Positions 55,181 to 64,000 of a stretch of DNA of 64,000 nucleotides are shown piece by piece. A program made the position numbers and the translations under genes. The notes under the pieces are model-generated. The model made no database searches. It was not told the DNA's origin and worked only from the letters and a program-made list of their open reading frames with translations. Source of the DNA: the human T2T-CHM13v2.0 reference genome, Homo sapiens; NCBI RefSeq assembly GCF_009914755.1, contig NC_060930.1; one strand, given 5' to 3'. Positions within the stretch are counted from its first letter, which is position 1; each line of letters begins with the position of its first letter.

Positions 55181-56525
55181 CTGTCTCTCAGGAGGAAATT
55201 CATAATATGTTCTTACTGCTTCTACTTGGGTTACAGTGGAAAGAGGGTTGACATGAACAAACATCTTTAGGAACACGAATAATCTTCTCTTTTGCCAATC
55301 TCTAGTATTTAAATTGTGTTCATAAACTGGTGCTTCCTCTCAATGACTGTATATTATTAATAGTCAATATTCTGGGCAAGGTAATGCTCCATTAGTATTG
55401 CATCCTGTTTGTTCAGTGATGAACAGCTGAGATCCAGAATTAAGCTCTGTGAGAATGCTAAATATTCTTCACAACATTATTAAATCCTTTGATGTTGAAA
55501 AAATGAATATGCATTAAAGTATACTAAATATTGTATAATAACTTTACAATGTCAATTAATACAAAGTTCATCATTCTGGTCCATTATTTGGCAAATAGTC
55601 TTATTCTTCCACAATGTCTTTCTCCAGGACTCTCTGTTCTCCTCATAGATTTAGTCTATTTACTTATCACACGTTCACTGCTGCTTGAATCCATTTTCCA
55701 GCCTATTTTATGTGCAAAGAAAACCATTCACAATAGCCTAAGTGACTGTTTTTCTCACCTCATTAATGACTATTTCTCAAAGTATTTTAAACAATGTTTT
55801 GGAATCAGTCCATCACTTGCTTTTGCATATAGACCGTATTTTTTTCTAACTTCCCCCAAATGACTCGCCTATGTTTTTAATTAAGGGCTCCTCTTACGGT
55901 TTCTTCCTGAGTATCCCCTTTGGAGCTAGACAGATTCTTGTTTTGCACAGCAGTCTGTCCAGCCGATAATAAAAACATAGGCATGCATTGCAATAAGGTT
56001 TAAGTGGATTTAATCAGAATGCAGTGTAACAGTTCAAATATGTTCATATTTCAAAGACCATAGAAGAAGTTAACATTATATGCTCAGTTTCGGCAATATG
56101 AACAAACCAAATTGTCAAACTGTACCAAGAGAAAATACATGTACTTCCAAAACCATTTCCCTGATCCACTGCAGTTTGATCATGCTGGAGAAAGTGACTC
56201 ATAGGGTTGTCAAAGGGTATTTTGCCACTTTACCTCATGCAGAATAAGCAGACTAAGAGGACCTAAAATGTCACTTCACAAACACAAGTTGAGGAAACGG
56301 ACAGAGATAAACTGGGTTGAAAAAAGAATGCCTGTTGGACCACGGCAGAGTGGCAGTGCATGTATCCAGTTTAGCCTCAGAAACTTGGGTAAGAGTCAAA
56401 GATGAAGACTGAGGTTTAGGGGAACTTGATCTTTCTGAGGCATTCGCACCAGGGAATTAAGGACCTCCATCATCTGCATATATTATTGGTGATTCATTGC
56501 CCTGCTTCACCAAGTGTATTAGCTT

Positions 56526-56942
56526 TGTATATTAGTGTATTGCTGCAGTAACAAATTACCACAGATGTAGTAGCTTGAAACAACACAGATGTATTAAGTT
56601 ACAGTTCTGTAGGTCAGAAGTCCAGCAAGAATCTTACCAGATAAAAATCAATGTGTCGGCAGTGCTCTGTTTTTTTCTGGAGGCCAGCTCAGCAGGTCCA
56701 ATCTCACTGACTCTTCCGTCATCACATCTTTTTCTCTGGCCGCAGCCAGGACAGGGACTCTGTTTTTAGGGATTTGCATAATTAGATTGGGCCCACCTGG
56801 CCACTGCAGGATAATTTCCCCATCTCAAAGTCCATAACCTGAATCATATTTATACAGTACCTTTGCCATGTAAGGAACACAGTCACAGGTTCTGGGGATT
56901 AGGGTGTGAATTTCTTTGTGAACCTTTATCCTGCCTACCACA
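56526..56942 (-). mobile_element. MLT1D-like MaLR solo LTR
   Basis: 'attgctgcagtaacaaattaccaca...acagttctgtaggtcagaagtcc...gattgggcccacctgg...ctgcctaccaca'. Confidence 0.85.
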
Positions 56943-57559
56943 CCAAGTAAAGAGTAGAATGATAGAGACTTGGGGTACAGGCTCTTTCTGGCCTCCATCT
57001 TTCAACGTTTCCTCATGTCTTAACCTACTGACTGGATCTGGACCTACCATGAATGTACCCCACCATATTTTAACCCTATACTCTTATTGTTTACTGTCAG
57101 CTCACCTGGCTTTAAAAACTACATCATCCATAATTTACTCCATATTCCCAACAACAATATCTAGAAGTCTGGAAAATTTATATGAAATAAGTTACTTTTT
57201 ATGTTAGCTGAAAAAATAAGCATTTATTCTTAGGAAAAATCTTGCATTTACACATCAGCCATCTTCTGGAGCCAGGGGTGGGAGCAAACATTTTTTTCCA
57301 AAATTAAACATACTCATTACAATACTATCACAAAGCAGGTCATCATATATTTAACAATGGCGGCCAATTTGGATTCTATTAGATAAATACAATTTGAATC
57401 AATGGGTTTCTTCAGAGAAGGACATCCAGCGAATTCTTACCTCCCTTGTAGTTTTTAAATGACCTAGGTGACCTCAAGAGGCCAGAAGATTATCTTATCA
57501 TGTTCTTAGGTCCAAACGAATAACTGATTCTCTGTTTATTAAAAAAAAATACAGTATCA

Positions 57560-57889
<330 letters not shown>

Positions 57890-57984
57890 TTAAAAGAACA
57901 GTACTAATACAAGTTCTGAAGTGAAATTTCTACCAAAATTTTATTAATGAATAGAGTTAGGTTGTTTTTACATTACTTAAAGTG

Positions 57985-58133
57985 GAGGCAAAATCAGATT
58001 TACCTTGAAGCTAATTAAATTTAAGCTTCAAACCCCCTAATTTTATTAGCAGTATTTGACCATGTTTTTCTAAAGATGATCATAAAAATTGCACAGGTTT
58101 CAGGCCCCATAAAACTTGGGTTCATTTGCCACT
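57985..58133. mobile_element. MER53-like hAT MITE, internally deleted
   Basis: 'gatttaccttgaagctaattaaatttaagcttca' and 'tttcaggccccataaaacttggg'. Confidence 0.6.
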
Positions 58134-58279
58134 GGCAGAAGGAGTTTTCTGTCTGAATTATGTGTTTAATAATCATAATATTTTCTTTAAAAAAGTACAT
58201 TCGGTCATATTATTTTACTGTTTTCTATCTCTCGGGTGTGATAAACTTATTTATTCACAATTCCTCATTTCTCTCCCCC

Positions 58280-58635
58280 TTTCCCATGTTTTCTTGTGGT
58301 GCAATCAATTTCCTCGCCCCACTGACTTTGGAATTGCTTTGCCAATGGAATGTGAGTGGATAAGGAGTATGCTATGTCCCTGCAGAAAACTCCAATGATC
58401 TTGTGGGGAGTAGCTCTTGCCCCCTCATCTTCTGCCCTTCTCTCTGAGTATTATATGCTCCAAATAGTGGCTGCTGCTTTAACCTGGGTCCCAGAATAAG
58501 AAGACATAGAGCCTAGCCACGGTTGCCCCAAGCCCGATCAACCTACTGCCCTCCTATAATGTGAGCGAGAAATAAATGTTTGTGTTTGCACTGAGATTTG
58601 GTTATTATTTGTTACTGTAGCAAAAGCCAGGGTGA
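58280..58635 (+). mobile_element. MLT1J-like MaLR LTR
   Basis: 'gctttgccaatggaatgtgagtgga...cctgggtcccagaataagaagaca...gagaaataaatgtttg...ttgttactgtagcaa'. Confidence 0.7.
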
Positions 58636-59353
58636 TTGCCATTCTGCTTACTTTTTCATTTCACCATAATATGTCTATCTATCTGTTTATTATTTATCTA
58701 TCCACACTAGTATTTTCCTGGGTTTGCAGTATGCACATTACACTCTTTGATTGCCTCTAACTAGCATACTTATTGATGGTTGCCAAGGACTGAGTCATTA
58801 AGCGCATACCTTCTCTTCCCTGGAGACAGTCCATTGTAAGCACTTTTTTTTTTTTAAAGTAAATTGGCAGGTATACATGAAGAAGGAAGCTTACATCACT
58901 GGGGACTTCCGATCTCAAGCCTGTACTACACGCTCACCATTTTCTGAAAATGCAAAATCCATCTCTGTCTTTTCCTTGAAGTTTTTAAATAAAATAAGTG
59001 AGGGGATTTTTTTCTGCCTAATTATTTTTAATTATGCCCCTATAGAATTATTGCACATTTCCCCCACTTATTTATCTGAAAACACATTATGTGAAGTGAG
59101 GCTGTGTCCCCTGATGAGCACTATTTACATTTTAAAGTATCTAAACATGAGTCTCTTCTGCCGATCCTCTCCAATGTGGCCAAATTAACGTCATTTCAAT
59201 TTTTGCATTTCTGCTAAATTTCCTCAATCAGTAGTAACAGATGTTATTTTTGCATGTGAGTTTATTAAATGTATTATTTCCTTAAACACACAAAATTATG
59301 AAATAATCTATCCCTTCCCTGAAAGGTGCTGTGATTCTAAACTATCAACTTTC

Positions 59354-60094
<741 letters not shown>

Positions 60095-60849
60095 CTATCC
60101 TTGAAAAACAGCAAGATATTCTCTTATTTTACAATTACTTTGATGGGTTTGACTGAATGTGCATCCCTTGGTCCTGTTTCAAACATTCCTAAAGCTGAAT
60201 TGTAAAAAAAGCTTTATTTAAAAAGAAGTTTTTCTAGAAGTAACCAGTTGCAGTTATGTAAAACCTTAAATGCTATTTAAAACAACTTAAATTTAAACAA
60301 AGGAAAAGAGCAAAACAACAAGTTAATATTCAATAAATTAGGTTTTAAAATAATCCAGGATGTGGAGAATGCCAGAATATTTTTGGGCCTCTTTTTGGTG
60401 TGAGTTCAAATTTATCCTTACAGTAAAATAAAAATGTCCAAAACAAGGGAAGAAGGATTTCAAAGCATATCATACTACAAATTTTAGTAGGTACTCAGCA
60501 AATGTTGAGAGAATGCACTGGACCAATCTAAAGAAATGTGCCTTTTTTTCAGGGGATAAGAAAATGGAAAAAGATACTTTGGAACATTGTATGGATATTG
60601 AAATTTAGGTTAGGTTGATATTTATTTGGATTTAACTGTGAAAAGAACTCATATAATTGCCTGACTATATTATTTCTTATATTAGACTGAATGCTCCTTT
60701 AGCAAACAAGACTTTTAGTTCTTTTAGGTCGAGACCAGTGGAGTGCTCAAGGTCACCTGTGAGCACTGTTTCTGAGGCTGACTTTGTTTTGGTGGGAACA
60801 GTGCCATATAACCAACCAGGTACAGGGTAGACCATGTCAGCACTGGATA

Positions 60850-61515
60850 TGGGTATCAGGGAGCATTGGGGTGAATCTTAGCTCTGGCATGCACCAGAAG
60901 GCTTTGGCCGAGTACTTCTTTCTAAATTTTCATTTCTTCACCTGTAAACAGAGGATAATGATGTCTCCATCACAAGATTGCTGGAGAATTTAACAAAATT
61001 CTGGGAGTAAATTGTAGTGAACTGAATGATAGTTCATAAAAAGACAGGCTCAGGTTCTAATCCATAGAGCCTATGAATGTGACCTTATTCAAAAAAAGGG
61101 CCTTTGCAGATTTAAATTAAAAATCATGAGATGAGGAGATCATCCTGGATTGTCCAGGTGTGCCCTAAATCCAATGACAAGTATGGCTATAAGAGTGAGG
61201 TGGCAATACATTAGACAGAAGAGGAGACAGTCTTGTGACCATGGAGGCAGAGATTGGAGGGAAGTGGTCATAAGTTAAGAAATGTTTACAGTCACCAGAT
61301 GCTGCAAGAGGCAGGAAATGGAAGCTCCCCTAGAGCCTTTAAAGGGAGTGCAGCTCTGTTGGCACCTTGACTTTTGACTTCTGGACCCCAGAACTTCAAG
61401 AGAATAAATTTATCTTGTTTTAAGTCACCCAGTTTGTAATAATTTGTTATAGCTTCCATAGGAAAGTAATAAGTAAAGTTTGTGGTACATAGTAAGTGTT
61501 TAATAAATATAAATT
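60850..61515 (+). mobile_element. MIR split by an MLT1C LTR
   Basis: 'tcttcacctgtaaacagaggataatgatgtct' before the LTR and 'tggtacatagtaagtgtttaataaat' after it. Confidence 0.7.
61013..61472 (+). mobile_element. MLT1C-like MaLR solo LTR
   Basis: 'tgtagtgaactgaatg...gaatgtgaccttatt...ccctaaatccaatgac...ccagaact...aataaattt...ataggaaagtaata'; 'gtaaa' on both flanks. Confidence 0.88.
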
Positions 61516-61707
61516 TTCTCCTTTTATTTTAACCTGTTATCACTGTCACATGCATTTTTAGAAGGTATACAACAGTTAAAGCTTCACATTTAGGGACTTT
61601 GAAGTTATTCATTCACTGAATGTCTACATTTCTATGGTCTTTAATTGTTAAGGGAATACAATACAGGGTAGCTCTTGGAATCTAAATGTGTCAGCACAAA
61701 ACTAGCC

Positions 61708-61890
61708 CAGTGTGTATCAATGGGAGAGATAATAAATAGCACTGGGGGCTGGAAAGTTATTTTAGAGGACTGTCTCAAGCAACACAATGTTTCTAGCATC
61801 TGTAACCCCTGTCTACTCAATGCCCACCTAATTACTGTGACAACCCAAATCTCCCCACTTTCCAATTGACACCCAGCTGTTTGAGCCTCA
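61708..61890. mobile_element. MER20-like hAT MITE
   Basis: 'ggactgtc...tagcatctgtaacccctgtctactcaatgcc...tgtgacaacccaaa'. Confidence 0.55.
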
Positions 61891-62299
61891 TTAAGTCCAG
61901 CCTAACCTTAGGCCCTTCAGGCTCATTCTATATCTCCTTGGAAGAAAGACTCTCAGCCTCACTCTCTGCTCCCATGAACTTTGTCTAAAGTGGACCACTT
62001 AATTGCCTCCTACTTTGTACATCCTGGAGTAGACGACCCCACCCCATCCTGGCCTCTGGGAACCCACCCTTCGGTAGTGGCTACTTAACACCCCAGTAAA
62101 GAGGAAGTAGGATTTGGAGAGGAATGTAAGTGTTAACAAAAGAGCGCAACATGATAATAAAATATAATTGATATATTTGTATATTTAAAGCTACAAAGAT
62201 GGTGTATTTTATGCCATCTAAAAATGTAAGATATATTGTAAATTTTCAAAGAATAGATATAACATATTCAAATACTATATGTTCAATTACTATTTTTAA

Positions 62300-62635
62300 A
62301 GTTATGCATTTCCAAACTAAAAAAAAGTGTAAAAGTCTTTAAATATTTATAATCTTTGACCCAGTGGTGCAATTTCTAGGACCCTATCACAAGGAAAAAA
62401 GAATTTTATATGTGACCAAAGAACTGTACATAAAGTTATGCCCTAGAATATTGTTTATCATGATACGAATTTAAAGCAACCTAAATGAGGAATGGTCATG
62501 TGAATTATAGCACATCTAGATGATGGACTTATATGCAACAATTAAAATGATGTCTACAAAATATTTTTAATGATGTGGAAAATATGTTTGAGAGAAAAAG
62601 AGTGGTTTATAAATTTTATTGTATTTAAAAATTGT
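62300..62635 (+). mobile_element. L1ME-like 3' fragment
   Basis: 'ctttgacccagtggtgcaatttctagga...gcaacctaaatg'. Confidence 0.55.
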
Positions 62636-63012
62636 TTGTTGTATCCAAATAAGAAAAGAAGAAAAATTATCTGTTTGTAGATGACATAATCTTATATGTA
62701 GAAAACCCTAAAGATTCTATTAAAAAAAAAACCTGTTAGAAATAATGAACAAATTCTGCAAAATTTCAGGATACAAAATCAACATGCAAAAATCAATTGC
62801 GTTTTTATATAGTAACAACAAACAATCTGAAAAGGAAATGAAAACAATTCCATTTACAGCAGCATAAGAAAGAATAACATACTTAGGAATAATTCTAACA
62901 AGGAGATACACTCTTACCTGAAAACTACACAACATTGCTGAAAGGAATTAAAGAAGACTCAAATAAATAAAAAGACATCCCAGTTTCATGAACTGGAAGA
63001 CTTAATATTGTT

Positions 63013-63153
63013 TTTTAAAAAAATTATTTTTTATTTCAATAGGTTTTTGGGGAACAGGTGGTGTTTGGTTACATGAATAAATTATTTAGTGGTGATTTCT
63101 GAGATTTTGGTGCACCCATCACCCAAGCAGTGTACACTGTACCCAATGTGTAG
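63013..63153 (-). mobile_element. Extreme 3' tip of an L1PB element (141 bp)
   Basis: Perfect 18-bp TSD ggaagacttaatattgtt at 62995-63012 and 63154-63171; homologous to ~16850-16995. Confidence 0.92.
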
Positions 63154-63331
63154 GGAAGACTTAATATTGTTAAGATGCTTATATTACCAAAAGCCATCTA
63201 CGGATTCAATGCAATCTCTATCAAAATCTCAATGGCATTTTTGCAGAAATAGAAAACGCCATCCTAAAATTCCTATAAAATCTCATGAGATACTGAATAA
63301 CCAAAACGATCTTAAAAAATAACAAAGGTGG

Positions 63332-63650
<319 letters not shown>

Positions 63651-64000
63651 TTACACTTTCTGTTTTCAAAACATATAAAAAGCTATAGTAATCAAAACAG
63701 TGTGATACTGGCATAAAAACAGGCATGTTGATTGATATAATAGAAGAGAGAGGCCTGAAATAAACCCTCACATATATGGTAAAATGGTCTTTGACAAGGG
63801 TTCCAAGACCACTCAATGGGAAGAGGTCAATCTCTTCAACAAATGGTTCAAGGGAAACTATATATCCACAGGCAAAAGAATGAAATTATGCGTTTATCTT
63901 ATGCTATATATGAAAATTAAGTTAAAATGTATTAAAGACCAAGGCATAATAACCAAAACTATAAAATCCCTAGAAGAAAACATAGGGGAAAGTTTTCATG

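Overview
This is AT-rich primate (very probably human) genomic DNA, either intronic or intergenic, and most of it is interspersed repeat. I find no recognisable protein-coding exon, RNA gene, CRISPR array or prokaryotic feature. All longer ORFs in the track are decayed L1 ORF1/ORF2, mariner transposase, Alu or chance frames. Four structures dominate. (1) A nearly full-length ancient L1M element (~4900-13330, +) carries a MER33, an Alu and a full-length HSMAR2 mariner. (2) A 12.7-kb nested L1 block (15470-28210) consists of an L1PA13-like host containing a full-length antisense L1PB1, which in turn contains an L1PA7/8 3' fragment; the host also has a separate L1PA10-like 3' fragment, and all four have readable TSDs. 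(3) A second full-length HSMAR2 (43059-44379, -) faces the first. (4) There are many L2, MIR, MaLR/ERVL LTR, hAT MITE and Alu copies, including an Alu inserted into another Alu. The most notable observation is that the two HSMAR2 copies appear to share many non-CpG departures from the family consensus as I recall it, yet sit in unrelated flanks. That points to a fossil local hop (duplicative cut-and-paste) rather than two independent insertions or a segmental duplication. Subfamily names come from recalled consensus sequences and need RepeatMasker/Dfam confirmation; boundaries of old repeats are approximate.
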